Counted from the first letter of the stretch, positions 1-11,864 are shown. The stretch: 64,000 bases of DNA from Terriglobia bacterium (GCA_965198225.1 CBDAOY010000005.1:1-64000); one strand, 5' to 3'. A program made the numbers and translations. The notes: a model not told the origin generated them from the sequence alone.

Positions 1-380
1 CGAACAGATCCCTGTAGCCGAGCGTCTCAGACATGTAACGCGCCCGGTGCGATTCCTGGTCGTCGCGAGGTGACACGTCACGCCCATCTCCCTGACGACT
101 TTGATCGTGTCGAAGATCTCCTCGTTGGGTTCGATCATTGTCCATGCTTCGAGAGCATCGTCCACAGTGCCACGCCACTTCCAACGGGAGAGAATCTCCT
201 GGAACGCTTCGACGAAGTTCGATTGCCCGTCGATCGCCGGCTCTTCCGCGGCGAAAACGTCGCCCAGGAAACCGTCCAGATCGCTGGGAGAGCCCAGGAA
301 GCTGGACCACCTGAGGGGGCGCGTTTCAGCGGGCTTCTGATCACGCCGTCGGCGTCGAACAGGACTGCTTCAATACCCAC
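1..380 (-). CDS. HAD-family hydrolase, frameshifted, runs off window edge
   Basis: N-terminus MGIEAVLFDADGVI carries HAD motif I (DxDG). After a frameshift the reading continues ...VTCHLATNQESHRARYM... (motif II). Confidence 0.7.
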
Positions 381-676
381 GGCTCACACGCGGTCCCACC
401 AAGCGCCCAGCCTGCGAAAGGCCTCATTTTCGGACAAGCGCGAGGCTTCGGCAGAAATCTCGTCCGGAACCCCACTGCGGGAACGGCAGTTCCTGGGTGA
501 CGTGACGGCCGAAGCGGTGTGAACCTCCTGGATTCGGGCGAGCCGCCGCGGCGGGACTGTTTGGCCACCCTGACGAGCGGAGCCCAGACCCGGTTTGCTG
601 TCGAAAGCTGGAGCGAACCCCTCGGAGACGGGTTAAGGCTGTTGGAGGGTGTGAGATGGCGAAACTTCAGGATCGG

Positions 677-746
677 GTGTAGGTGCGCTCTATGAGCGCA
701 CCTCGTTTCGGCTTGAAGAATGTGCGGTGATAGACCGCACCTACAC
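677..746. repeat. GTAG-type REP doublet (REPIN-like), copy 1
   Basis: GTGTAGGTGCGCTCTATGAGCGCAC, a spacer, then the inverted arm GTGCGGTGATAGACCGCACCTACAC. The unit recurs at several sites in the window. Confidence 0.85.
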
Positions 747-935
747 CTCCTCAGGAGATCTGCCCCCCCCCAATCTTTCCCATCGAAAGGTTGTCTTGGA
801 CAAGGATGATTCCGAACCGAATCGCACGCATGTCCGTCAAGATCTCAACCTGCATCTCGAATACCCAGCAGTAGTGGGTCGGCTTCTAAACCCTCGCTTC
901 CCCGGGCGCCGACGTTTCGAACAGGGTTTCGACAT

Positions 936-1273
936 CCTATGTAGTATAGCTTCCATTCTCGGCGACCCCGAGCAGGTTCCCGGCGGGGTCCTTGAACAGC
1001 GCAAACGTCACCACGCCGGCACAACTGTCCGGGGTAGGACCACGCTTCCGCCGTGCGCCTCGACCTTCGCGAGAACGGCATCGATATCGTCCACGCCCAT
1101 ATACAGAACTTTGTCCGGCGGGTCTTCGCGGATGCCTCCTCGAAGCCCGCCCGTGACGCAGACGAGATCGTTGAAGTCTGGTCTACGACCCCCCCGAATA
1201 CGTTCTCGAAGAAGGATCGAAGGCGGGCTCCATCCGGGCCCGCTATCTCGAAGTAAACGATCGGGTTGCCCAT
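936..1273 (-). CDS. VOC/glyoxalase family protein, frameshifted
   Basis: MGNPIVYFEIAGPDGARLRSFFENVFG at the start; C-terminal VTFALFKDPAGNLLGVAE in another frame. Confidence 0.75.
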
Positions 1274-1280
1274 TTCGATC

Positions 1281-2410
1281 TTACTGTTTGACGTACTTCG
1301 TCAGCCCACCCCCGGCGACCGGACGGGAATTTGGTCCTTCCGCGGCATACACGTTGCCCTCGGAATCGACCGCCACACCTTCGCCGGCGGCGCCGTGAGG
1401 CCCCGCATCCGTCTCATGCGGTGGGATGAAGGCCGTAACGCGGTCTTCGGTCGTGTTCCCGATCCGGACGCCCGTCTTCCAGTCGGGATGCCGTGTGGGT
1501 TCGACTCTGAATCGATCGCGTAAAGCGTGTCGTCCGCGTCGATGAACAACCCGCTCACGCGGCCGAACTGCTCGAACGAGTCGAGAAGATTCCCCTCCTG
1601 GTCGAATATCTGGATTCGATGGTTCCCGCGGTCGGCAACGAAGAGGCGTTCCTGGGAGTCGAACGCAAGCGCATGGGGGGTCCGGAACTCTCCCGGCGCC
1701 GTGCCGATCTGCCCCCACTCTTTGATGTACTCCCCGTCCTTCGTGAACTTGACGATGCGTCCCGTTGCGCCTTCGGGTGGATTGTCGTTCTGGCCGCTGT
1801 GTCCGTCCGAGACGAAAATGTCGCCGTTCGACGCAGTGATCACGTCACATGGCTGGTTGAGGGTGTCGGGCCCGCTACCGGCAACCCCGGCGCGTTCCCA
1901 ACCTCATCAGCACCTCACCATCGGGACTGAACTTGATGACCTGGTGCCCCTTCGTTCCAGCCTCGTTGCCCTGGGAATCGGTTACCCAGACGTTTCCGTC
2001 GCTGTCCACGTGGAGCCCGTGGGGCAGCACGAATAGCCCGGCCCCAAAGCTCGTCAGAACTTCCCCGGTCGAACGATCGAACTTGAGGATCGGATCAACG
2101 TCCGAGGTGTCGCAGCCGCCGGCCAGCGCGTTGGCGCCGCATCGATCGTAGGCCCAGACGTGCCCGTCGGGGTCGATATCGACGCCTGCCGTCGACCCCC
2201 AGGTCCTGTCGTCGGGCAGGGGGCCCCACCCCTGGATACCGTTGGATTGGGATTGGGCAGGTCATTGATAGCCGGATCGGTGATGGCAGTCTCGACGTCG
2301 GCCGGCTCCGGCTCGACGACTTCGGGCAACGGTTCCACCCCGCATCCCGACAGCGCGATCATGGTGATGCCCGTAATAAGCGTGAGTTTGAAGCGACCGA
2401 ACACTGGCAT
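1281..2410 (-). CDS. NHL-repeat lipoprotein (peptidyl-alpha-hydroxyglycine alpha-amidating lyase-like), several frameshifts
   Basis: Lipobox-like ALSGC. NHL repeats (GDIFVSDGH, FRTPHALAFDSQERLFVADRGNHRIQIFD, AEGVAVDSEGNVYAAE) are spread over ORFs 2054-2410, 1301-1843 and 1281-1718. Confidence 0.75.
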
Positions 2411-2615
2411 GGTAGCGCCTCCCTTGAAAAGTCCAGTTTTGGTTGCGAATGGCTCCGGTTGATCCCCAGATGCGAGAAGCTTGCGCTATCTGCTACTGAT
2501 TGATCAACCACGCAAGTCGAGCGTGCCCCATCGTATACGCGTTCACTGGATCGTGGCGAGCAATAAGTGGGATGTGCCAGCTGATCGTGAGGTTGCGGTT
2601 ATGCCATGGATCGAC

Positions 2616-3390
2616 TCATACCCTGTGAAATTCAACCACCAGTTCGGGCCCTTCGCCGTAGCTCTCCCCGGCATATCCACCCCAACGATTGGTCACAGTG
2701 AAGCCGTGGTTCTGGATCAAGGAGACGAACTCATCGGGGTAGTAGCAGCGCATCGCGATTGGCAGAATCGTTTCCTCGACCAGCGCGTTCGCTTCGTAAC
2801 GTGCGATAGATCAGTTCCACGTACAGGATCACCCTTTCGGGCTCGAGCCGCGGCCGCCTGTCGTGACAAGTCATCCGCCGCCCATCGACTGTCACCTCCC
2901 ACTCCTGAGTCTCGTTCAAATCGCACCATTCCCGCTTCATTGCCTCGCGCGATCGATTCGGATTGAAGACGTTGAGAATACATGTGCCTCCGGGGGCCAG
3001 GTGCGGCGCCGACGGAACTGAACAGCCCGTCAACCTGAGTGTCGGTCTCGAGGTTCTGAAGGACGCGAAACGGGGCAATCACCAGATTGAACTGACGCCC
3101 CAGGTCGAAGTCTGCGATGTCTCCTGCTTGAATCGGGCTTGCTGGGCTGGGACGCCGCCTTTGCGAAGTTTTTCGCGGCAGATATCGAGCATAGCAGCGG
3201 AGGCGTCGATGCCATGGATATACCGGCAGAATCCAGTCAGCGGGAATGAGAACCCGGCCCGGTGCCGCACCCAAGCTCGAGGACTTCGGCGTCGGGTGAG
3301 GGAATGCGGGCCCGATAGAAGTCGACGTCCGCCGGACGGTCGGGGTTCACGTCGTAGTACTTTGCCGCTGACGCCCTGGGTGTCGTTCAC
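2616..3390 (-). CDS. Class I SAM-dependent methyltransferase, frameshifted
   Basis: Pieces VLELGCGTGR, HGIDASAAML, GDIADFDLGRQFNLVIAPF and HLAPGGTCILNVFNP lie in successive frames. Confidence 0.75.
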
Positions 3391-3833
3391 CCCGATAATC
3401 CACCCGCCGTTGTCCTCGACCGTTTGGTCCGAGGTTTCTGGAGGTCGAAGATGACGAATGAGGGCGCGCGAAGCTCGTTCGCGAGATCCGGATAACGGTC
3501 ACCTTCCTCCTCGTCGGGTTTCGATTCCCGAATTCCCCGGAGTGCGTATCCCAGCGTCGGAAAGCCGTTGACATAGGTCGCGAGCGTCCGATGAAAGTTG
3601 GTGAGCGGGTGTCCCCGGAACTGCATGATGCGGGCCGACTCGTCAAAGTAGTGGTCGACCCGGAAACGCCATCCGAGAGCCGTCTGGGAATCCGTGATGC
3701 GAGAATTCGTAGAGGTCGCCATCGCTGCGAGATTGCAGACCACGAAGCGCCCCCCGGGCTTGATGATGCGGTAAGAAGACATGATTGCAGCTTCGAGATT
3801 CTCGACATCCACCAGGCTGATGTAGCTGATGGC
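3387..3833 (-). pseudogene. C-terminal half of a class I SAM methyltransferase, cut at its 5' side by a group II intron on the opposite strand
   Basis: AISYISLVDVENLEAAIMSSYRIIKPGGRFVV...FHRTLATYVNGF. The reading frame ends abruptly at the intron boundary 3833/3834. Confidence 0.7.
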
Positions 3834-4738
3834 GCGTGCCTGGCAGCACGCGTTTCCGGCGGTTTAAAGTCCCGCTCGGCCGAGGCCACGGGTCGATATC
3901 CAACAAGTGGGGGTAATGCCTCACTGGGCCGAAGTGTAGACAGGTAGTGCAGATGCCTAAACGGGCACGAAAGCGAAAGCCGGATACGGCCAAGGCAAAG
4001 CTGGGAGCCAGCTACGGAAACTTTGGAGGGCAGGGCGCCCACCGCGAGGTGGGTCTGAAGGGCATGAGGAGAACCACCGGGTCGTAATCGACGGGAGCCC
4101 ATCCCGAGGATGAACCGGTCGGCCAAAGATGGGGAATGGTCGAGCCCGCACTATTGGGGCGAAGGCGCATTGGTTCCACCCCATCGCACCAAGGGTGTGT
4201 GCGGGCGACACGGTGGGAGAAGAGACGCGAGTGACCCAGGGAGGCCTGGTATCGTCCGAGCGGAAGGTAAGGTCGAGATGATGTGGCACCCGCAGACGAA
4301 AGGGCGGCACCGAGAGCAAACATCGACCTAGAGCCCTGCGCGGTAGGTGCGGATATAAGCGAGAGCGAAATTCCGGCCGACGCGGTGTCAGGAATCGGAT
4401 CGGGGAATAGTACTCAGGAACGAGACGGCAAACATAAGGTCTCGGATCGTTGCTTCGAGCAGCGGCGCTGGCGGGTCCAAAAGGCCCGTTGGAGGGGGAA
4501 GTCCCCGTACTCAGTCGTGAATGTGCGAGCGAATGGGAAACGCGGAGATATCGTGAACTTGGATAGTTTCCCTTAGCGAAAGACCCAAACGCGGTACGAA
4601 CGAAGCCGCCACCTGCCGCCACACAGCGAATTCCGAACGAGGAGCAACTGAGGAAAGCGGCTTGCGGGGAAAACCGCACGAGCCGTTGATTGAGCGGACG
4701 GTGGAAGGGCCGATCGGCCCGACCACTTTCGACTCTAC
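3834..4738 (+). mobile_element. ORF-less group II intron (copy C)
   Basis: Starts GCGTG; domain V AAGCGGCTTGCGGG(G)AAAACCGCACGAGCCGTT; domain VI ends CGACTCTAC; short ORF-less domain IV closed by CTCAGT/ACTGAG. Near-identical to 62485-63402. Confidence 0.85.
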
Positions 4739-4941
4739 ACTCAGGAACGAGACGGCAAACATAAGGTCTCGGATCGTTGCTCGAGCAGCGGCGCTGGCGG
4801 GTCCAAAAGGCCCGTTGGAGGGGGAAGTCCCCGTACTCAGTCGTGAATGTGCGAGCGATGGGAAACGCGGAGATATCGTGGAATTGGATAGTTCCCTTAG
4901 CGAAAGACCCAAACGCGGTACGAACGAAGCCGCCACCTGCC
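4739..4941 (+). mobile_element. Second partial 3' half of the same ORF-less intron (copy D), truncated by IS256
   Basis: Directly after CTCTAC the sequence restarts at ACTCAGGAACGAG, repeating 4412 onward, and stops at the IS256 left end. Confidence 0.85.
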
Positions 4942-6328
4942 GAGTTATAACCGAATCTGGTGTTTGGGGCGGTTGAAAAAAAGCGGCGTATCTGGTTGAT
5001 TTGTTGTTTACGAGACTTCAAAGCAACCAAAGGAGATACGCCACTATGAGCAAGAGTATCGTTATTGAACGGGAAGATCGAGAAGCGATTGCAGACCCGG
5101 TGACCGATCTGCTACGAGCCGGGGCTCAACAGCTGATCCAACGTGCTGTGGAAGCCGAATTGGCAGAACTGCTATCCCAGCACGGTGATCGACGAACCGA
5201 GACGGGCAACGCCGGGGTGGTGCGGAACGGTTACCTACCTGAACGCGAGCTGCAGACCGGCCTGGGCCCGGTAACGGTGCAAATTCCGAGGTCCGCGCCA
5301 AGACGGGCGAAGCGGTGACGTTCGGTCGGCTCTGGTACCACCCTACATTCGGAAGACGAAGTCGATGGAAGCAGCCGTGCCGTGGTTGTATTTGAAAGGC
5401 GTCTCGAGCGGCGAGATGGGTGACGCCCTAAGAGTTCTTGTCGGTCCGAAGGCGCAGGGCCTGTCAGCGAGCACGGTATCGCGCTTGAAACAGGTCTGGG
5501 CCCAGGAGTACCGCATCGGGTGCGACCAGCGTCTGGACGCCGACCGCTGGGTCTATGTCTGGGCCGACGGCATCTACAGTGGACTTCGGGCCGAACAAAC
5601 CAAGCTGTGTGCGTTGGTCGTGATCGGCGTGAATGAACGCGGAGAGAAGCGTTTTCTGGCGATTGAAGACGGTGTGGCGGGAATCGACACAGAGTTGGCG
5701 CGAGGTGTTGTTGAAGCTGAAGTCGCGCGGGATGAATATTCCGGAATTGGCGATCGGTGACGGTGCGATGGGGTTCTGGGCCGCACTGGAGGAAATCTAT
5801 CCTGAGACACGCCAACAACGCTGCTGGATGCACAAGACCATGAACGTGTTGAACTGCCTACCCAAGTCGGCCCAGGCGAAAGCGAAACAGGCCCTGCATG
5901 CGATCTGGAAGGCCGAGACAAAAGCAGACGCCGAGAAGGCATTCGATCTGTTCATTGAAACCTATGAGCCGAAGTACCCGAAGGCCACTGTCTGCCTGCA
6001 GAAAGACAGAGAAGAACTGCTGGCCTTTTACGATTTCCCGGCCAAGCACTGGCAGAGCATCCGGACGACCAACCCCATTGAGTCGACCTTTGCCACCATT
6101 CGCCACCGGACGAAGCGATCGAAGGGCTGTCTGACACGGGCTGGCATGCTGCACATGATGTTCAAACTGGGGCAGTGTGCCGAGAAGAACTGGCGACGAT
6201 TACGAGGATTCGATGATCTTGCCAAGGTGATTACTGGAGTGAAATTCAACGATGGGATCGAAGTGGACAACCGTCGATCAGGCCGCCGCTTGAATCAATC
6301 TCCTAAACACCACTTTTGACAATAACTC
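4942..6328 (+). mobile_element. IS256-family insertion sequence
   Basis: Imperfect terminal inverted repeats GAGTTATAACCGAATCTGGTGTTTGG and (reverse complement) GAGTTATTGTCAAAAGTGGTGTTTAG flank a transposase gene. Confidence 0.9.
5046..6319 (+). CDS. IS256-family (mutator-like) transposase, frameshifted
   Basis: RNGYLPERELQTGLGPV, YLKGVSSGEM, YVWADG, QRCWMHK and IRTTNPIESTF are spread over three frames. Confidence 0.9.
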
Positions 6329-6886
6329 CTCGCCACGAGACGCGAGAGTGACGGCATGACAGCCAGCGTCCCTAGCCTGATCCACCAGCGAGGTGAACAG
6401 CTCCCATGGCATCATGCCCATGAACTCGCGGTTTGAGCTAAAGCTCTCGTCGACCTGGAAACACATTACACATCTGAGATTGCATATTGACGAAGGCTCT
6501 ATGAACAAGTGTGGGGGGAAGTCAGAGAGCTTTCTGAGCGCCGGATAGAGCTTGAATTTGTAGCGGTGTACTAGATAGTCCATCCATACGTTCTGTTCAT
6601 GACGCTCGAGCCACTCAATCTCCTGTGGAGTCAGGACGAATCGAGGACGTTCCATGCGCATCATCGAATCGAACTTGACATCGGCTATATCTTCTTTTAG
6701 ATCGTTGAGTAACTCTCGACTTTCGGCCGAGAGCCCACTGTTGTTCGCTGCCAACTCGACGTCAATCAGCCCAAGAACAGTATTGGCCAACTGTGTCAGG
6801 GATTCTGGCGTACCCTCGCCGACGAACCGTAGGAGCCCAGGCTCGCCGATGCCGGGTTGCGCTGAGTCTAGTCCTCTACGCCGCAT
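6329..6886 (-). pseudogene. Radical SAM protein, N-terminal part only, truncated by IS256
   Basis: PPHLFIEPSSICNLRCVMC (CxxxCxxC) and ASRGE, then the frame runs into the IS end. Confidence 0.8.
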
Positions 6887-7447
6887 TGGCTCGTACTTGT
6901 GGTGTGATACGGGGGGTACGGCCTTGAGGTGCGCCCGGCTATGGACAGAACTCCCGGAAGCGCTGGAGTGACGACAAAGATGTTAGGACCGCTGACCATG
7001 TTTGACGAACACCTATACGTTGAGTGAAAGTTGAAGTGTGATGACCTAGCGTTGTCGTCATTCTGCACAGCTAATTCGGAAGATGTCAACACGTGTGAGG
7101 CACTTGCGTTCCGGATTTGAGCTGCCTACGGTTCGGCAGGCGCGTTCACGAAATGTTCTCCAGGACGCTGCCTCGCAGGAGCCCAAAGGCCGCTGCCGTC
7201 GTCGGACCCCTTCCGGGTCGGCCACGGCCTCCTTAGCACGAGCTAAGCTTGCGATGTCCTGGACGGGGCATCCGGCTTTTGCGCGACTGCCAGTTTGCCG
7301 ATAGTGCTTTTGGTGAGCGGTGTCCCGGCATGGCGGCACAGCCCAGCTTCCGGGTCGACCGAGAGACTATACAGCTTGTCCATTCCCCAAGCTTCGGCGT
7401 ATTTCTCGTTCGCCCGGTGAACAGCGGTCCGACGATCAGCGCCTGAG

Positions 7448-7983
7448 TCAAAAGCTTCCGTCAGCCCCGCGATGTATCTTCCGACGCGTTCCCCAGCCCG
7501 ACCGTCGCGAAATGGATCTAGTGGCCTGTAACAATGCTATCTTCTTCAACGCTGCAATCAGGTTGTCGAGATCCTCAAAGACTAGGTTCCCACGACCCCA
7601 GCCGTAGATTGGATGAAATCTCGTGCCGCTCAAGTCACAATGCAAACCTTGGCATCCGGCTATCACTGCCCCATGACAGCCGACGAGATTCCGATTCCGA
7701 CTGCGAAATCCGCTGCTTGCGCAGCGTCCGAGGGCAAGCGGCCGACCGGGTCGTCGAACAGGATGCACCTCCCTGATTCGGCCGCGTGGCGGAGTCTCAC
7801 GCGAATACTCGGAAGGTGTGCCAGGATAACCGGTTTTTTCGTCTTGACTAGGAGGCCGACGCCGGGATCTTCATCTAACCAGTCGTTGTCTCTTGTTAGC
7901 CGACTTTTGTCCGGGGTCCGAAGGTTGACACGGTTAAAAGCCATACATATGCTGCCGTTCGGCAAACCGTCTGACAACATCAA
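7448..7983 (-). pseudogene. Fragment resembling the C-terminus of a polysaccharide-biosynthesis-associated protein
   Basis: GLLVKTKKP...LPSDAAQAADFAVGIGISSAV, then in another frame AVIAGCQGLHCDLS...NLVFEDLDNL. The family assignment is tentative. Confidence 0.35.
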
Positions 7984-7998
7984 GATCGAGGTTCCTGA

Positions 7999-9057
7999 AT
8001 GACTACTGGGCGTTCTCGCTCCGTTCCCAACTACCGAACCTTCCGCCTGTTCTTTGTTTCTATCAACTGCGTGATCTGGTTCCTCCTGCTCTGGGGCATT
8101 GGCTCCCTGGTTGCCTCGCAGCTTCCAGGTAGGGGGCCGCTGCCCTTACGGACTGCTTGGCTCTTTTTTCTGGTGGCTTTCTTTTTCCTGCCCTTTTTTA
8201 GCGCCCAGGGGACGTTCATAGGGTTTCTGCGACAACACCTGGAGGGAGCTTTCACCCTGCCATCTGGAAACGGGCAAGCTAACCCGCCATTCCCCTGGAG
8301 GTCCCAGCAGCCTATCCATCCCTGGCTCCTTGGCCTGGGCTACATCCTCTTCTTCGGGCTCCCGTCGGTCCTTCTAGCCGTTCTCTTTCTTCGCCTGGGA
8401 TTCCCCACTGGAATGGGCCGAGGCACTTTGGCCCTTTCCTTGGGGGTGTGGGGTAGTGTGGTTGCCGGAGTTATTACCGTCAACTCAAGCGGCAGGCTTT
8501 TCTTTCACGAGATCGGCGTTCCTGTAGAACACCGGGTATGGCGGGGATCGGTCTTCTCCTATGTCTTCTGGCGTCATGGCATTCCCTGGGGAGTCAGTAA
8601 CGGGATCATCAATGCCTTCCTGGCCGTTCCCTTCTTTCCCGGAAACCCCGGTGACGGGCAGGACATAGCCTCGCCACTGTCAATTAGCTTAGATATCTTC
8701 TTCACCTCCCTTATTCTTTGCTTCGTTGTGTCCCTCTCGGCTGCTCCCCACGCCCTGGTGGATACCCGACTGGGCTTAATCAGTGCTTCGGAGAGTGCGT
8801 ATTCGCCAGCACGCAAGGGTTGGGTTGGCTGGTTCTTGTTGTTCAGTGTCGGTGTTGCACTAGGAACCATGGTGGGCCTGAAGGCCGTGGGCATTGAAGG
8901 CTTAGTGGTCCGGTGGTTCATTCCTTGGAAAGGGCTGGCGGCTGGAGCGATTGCAGGCATAGCTGCAACCATTAGTGCCTACTGGACCCTGGCTGGAGAA
9001 ACAGCAGCCAAAGAGACAGAATCGGTTCAAAAGTCCTCTGCCAGAGCCACGGACTAA
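7999..9057 (+). CDS. Hypothetical polytopic membrane protein (352 aa), apparently two related halves
   Basis: About 8 hydrophobic segments; more T-rich than neighbouring genes. Confidence 0.7.
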   Translation: MTTGRSRSVPNYRTFRLFFVSINCVIWFLLLWGIGSLVASQLPGRGPLPLRTAWLFFLVAFFFLPFFSAQGTFIGFLRQHLEGAFTLPSGNGQANPPFPWRSQQPIHPWLLGLGYILFFGLPSVLLAVLFLRLGFPTGMGRGTLALSLGVWGSVVAGVITVNSSGRLFFHEIGVPVEHRVWRGSVFSYVFWRHGIPWGVSNGIINAFLAVPFFPGNPGDGQDIASPLSISLDIFFTSLILCFVVSLSAAPHALVDTRLGLISASESAYSPARKGWVGWFLLFSVGVALGTMVGLKAVGIEGLVVRWFIPWKGLAAGAIAGIAATISAYWTLAGETAAKETESVQKSSARATD

Positions 9058-9175
9058 GAGGACACCACGCTCACCACACCTGGACCTCGACGGAGACATC
9101 GGCTGCGACTGGCGGTCGGGCGACGTCTGGTAACGCGGGCCGACGAGAGCCCGCGTGCACCCCTCGGCGTTACAA

Positions 9176-10852
9176 TTACTCCAACACGGCGCCCTTCGAC
9201 GCGGACGAGACCAGCTTTGCGTAGCGCGCCAGGGCCCCGGTCGTGTACTTCGGCGCGGGCTCGCTCCACTGCTCCAGGCGTGATCGAATCTCTTCTTCGG
9301 ACAGATCCACGTCGATGCGCTTCCGGGCGGCGTCGATCGTAACGACGTCCCCGTCCTCCAGCGCCGCGATCGGACCTCCACGGGCGGCCTCGGGCGCAAC
9401 GTGCCCGACCATCAGACCGTGAGTCGCGCCGGAGAACCGGCCGTCGGTGATCAGAGCGACCTGATCTCCGAGTCCCTCTCCGGACAGGGCTCCGGTGACG
9501 GCAAGCATCTCGCGCATTCCGGGTCCGCCTCTCGGACCCTCGTACCGAATCACGACAACGTCGCCGGCAACCACGCGCCCTTCCATGATCGCTCCAAACG
9601 CATCTTCCTCCTGCTCGAAGACGCGGGCCGGACCGGAATGAGAAGAGCGGCCGACACCGGCAGTTTTGACCACGGCCCCCTCTGGCGCCAGGTTTCCCTT
9701 CAGGATCACCAGGGTACCGGTCCCGTTGATCGGAGCGTCCAGCGATCGGACGATCGTTCCGTCCGGAGGGGCGACATCGGACAGGTTGTCACCGACGGAT
9801 TGGCCGGTCACCGTGGACGGTTCCGGATTCACATGCCCGGCGTCCATCAAAACCTTCATCACGCTCGACACGCCCCCGACGCGATCCAGGTCGGCCATCA
9901 CGAAGCGCCCTCCCGGACGCATGTCGACGATGTGCGGCACCCGTTCGGTGACGCGGTTGAAGTCTTCGATCTCCAGATCGACATCCGCCTCACGGGCGAT
10001 GGCCAGCAGATGCAGGACCGCGTTGGTCGATCCGCCCGTGGCCACGACAACGGCGATGGCATTCTCGAATGCCTCCCGAGTCAAGACGCTGCGAGGAGTG
10101 ATTTCCTCTCGAAGTGCATGCATGACCGCTCGGCCCGATTCGATGCACACGTCCACACGGCTTTCGGCGACGGCAGGTACCGAGGCGCTACCCGGTATCG
10201 ACATCCCAAGCGCCTCGATTGCTGCAGCCATAGTGTTGGCCGTGTACATCCCCGCACACGAACCCGCCCCGGGACAGGCCAGACCCTCCAGTTTGCGGAG
10301 GGCGGCCGCAGTCAGCTTCCCTTTGGCGAAAGACCCAACCGCCTCGAAGACATCCTGGATCGTGACGTCGCGGCCGTCGATATGCCCGGGCATGATCGTG
10401 CCGCCGTAGAGAAAGACAGACGGCAGGTCCAGCCGGGCCAGCGCCATCAGCATACCTGGAAGGCTTTTGTCGCAGCCTGCGATCGCCACGAGCCCGTCGA
10501 ATCGCTCGGCAAAGGCCACGATCTCGACCGAATCGGCGATGATCTCGCGGCTGACCAGCGAGCCCTTCATCCCTTCATGCCCCATCGAGATCGCGTCGCT
10601 GACGGCGATCGTGCCGAACTCGATCGGCGTCCCGCCCGCCTCCCGGATTCCCTGTTTGACCTTGTCGGCAAGCGTGTCCAGGTGGATGTTGCACGGTGTC
10701 ACTTCGTTCCACGAACTGGCGACGCCGATCATCGGCCTTGCGAGGGCCTCGTCATCCAGGCCCATGGCACGAAACATCGCGCGATGAGGCGCTCGCGCGG
10801 GACCCTCGGTCACTTCGGCACTTCGGTGTTTGAGGTTTGCGCCTTCAGCCAT
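9176..10852 (-). CDS. ilvD: Dihydroxy-acid dehydratase
   Basis: [61 protein letters not shown]. Start taken at MAEGANL. Confidence 0.97.
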   Translation of the reverse strand: MAEGANLKHRSAEVTEGPARAPHRAMFRAMGLDDEALARPMIGVASSWNEVTPCNIHLDTLADKVKQGIREAGGTPIEFGTIAVSDAISMGHEGMKGSLVSREIIADSVEIVAFAERFDGLVAIAGCDKSLPGMLMALARLDLPSVFLYGGTIMPGHIDGRDVTIQDVFEAVGSFAKGKLTAAALRKLEGLACPGAGSCAGMYTANTMAAAIEALGMSIPGSASVPAVAESRVDVCIESGRAVMHALREEITPRSVLTREAFENAIAVVVATGGSTNAVLHLLAIAREADVDLEIEDFNRVTERVPHIVDMRPGGRFVMADLDRVGGVSSVMKVLMDAGHVNPEPSTVTGQSVGDNLSDVAPPDGTIVRSLDAPINGTGTLVILKGNLAPEGAVVKTAGVGRSSHSGPARVFEQEEDAFGAIMEGRVVAGDVVVIRYEGPRGGPGMREMLAVTGALSGEGLGDQVALITDGRFSGATHGLMVGHVAPEAARGGPIAALEDGDVVTIDAARKRIDVDLSEEEIRSRLEQWSEPAPKYTTGALARYAKLVSSASKGAVLE

Positions 10853-11864
10853 CAATCTTCTCCTGTACGCGCTCCCGAACCTGCTGGAGCGTGAACAAAC
10901 CGGGCATCGCACCCTGGTTCGTCAGCTCGTTCATCATTTCGAGGAGCGCCGAGTTGTAAGGCGTCGGGATTCGGGCCTGGGCACCCAACCGCACGATCTC
11001 GCCGTTGAAGTGGTCGACCTCGGTATCGGTGCGTCGCAGGACGACATCCTGCCAGGTCGAGGGATATGTCCGACGCGCGGGTGGAAGGTCCAATGCGTCG
11101 GCGTAGCCGTAACCTCCGCTCTCGAGCGTCTGGATGAACTCGGCAACGCCCGGTTCGCCCGGCCCCATCCTACTGCGGATACCCAGTTTCTCGATCACCG
11201 CCAGACCCTCCCTCATCGTCTCCGCAAGGAAGTGACGCAGCTGCTCGTCCGTGTAGGCCAACTGGAGCCATGTATCGATGAGCGCATACAAAGAATTGTT
11301 GAGGTTGAGGAGCATCTTCCCCCACTTGGGGGGCATCACATCTTGATCCAGCGTGACCCGGAAACCGGCACCCGTCAGCGCTTCGCCGACACGCTTGGTG
11401 ACCTCATCCAGCCCGGAGGGAAACCTGCCGATCGCCAGGACATCGTTGCGGGTGTGTTCCACCGTGCCTGCCTCGACGTAGGTCACGCTGACCACAACCA
11501 GCCCGCCGTAGACATGTTCGAACTGTTCGGCGGCCCACTCTTCGTTCCGGACGCCGTTCTGAAAGCAAAACACCGGTGTCGCTGCAGGTGCCCCGTTCAG
11601 CTGCCCGAGGAGGTCGCGTGTGTGCTGGGATTTCGAGGTTATGAACAGGATGTCCTGATCGGTCCAGTCCAGTTGCGAAGCATCATCGGTCGCATCCAGC
11701 GTCGGATGGAGTTTGCCTTCGTTGGTCTTGAGCGTCAGGCCCTTGCTGCGGACCGCTTCCGCGTGGGGCGTTCGGGCGATGAGGACGACGGGATGTCCCT
11801 GGAGGGCCAGATACCCCCCGATGGCGCTTCCGATCGAGCCGGCTCCGGCCATGACGAACCGCAT
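10845..11864 (-). CDS. panE: 2-dehydropantoate 2-reductase
   Basis: GAGSIG Rossmann motif, [18 protein letters not shown]...[11 protein letters not shown]. Confidence 0.9.
   Translation of the reverse strand: MRFVMAGAGSIGSAIGGYLALQGHPVVLIARTPHAEAVRSKGLTLKTNEGKLHPTLDATDDASQLDWTDQDILFITSKSQHTRDLLGQLNGAPAATPVFCFQNGVRNEEWAAEQFEHVYGGLVVVSVTYVEAGTVEHTRNDVLAIGRFPSGLDEVTKRVGEALTGAGFRVTLDQDVMPPKWGKMLLNLNNSLYALIDTWLQLAYTDEQLRHFLAETMREGLAVIEKLGIRSRMGPGEPGVAEFIQTLESGGYGYADALDLPPARRTYPSTWQDVVLRRTDTEVDHFNGEIVRLGAQARIPTPYNSALLEMMNELTNQGAMPGLFTLQQVRERVQEKIDG

Noticed and set aside
570-620. Hammerhead-like CTGACGA...GAAA
   Set aside because: Stem II is imperfect, and I could not form stem III, stem I or an NUH cleavage site.
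3957-5030. ORFs within the ORF-less introns and the 270-bp repeats
   Set aside because: They have no protein motifs, and their frames are not preserved between copies.
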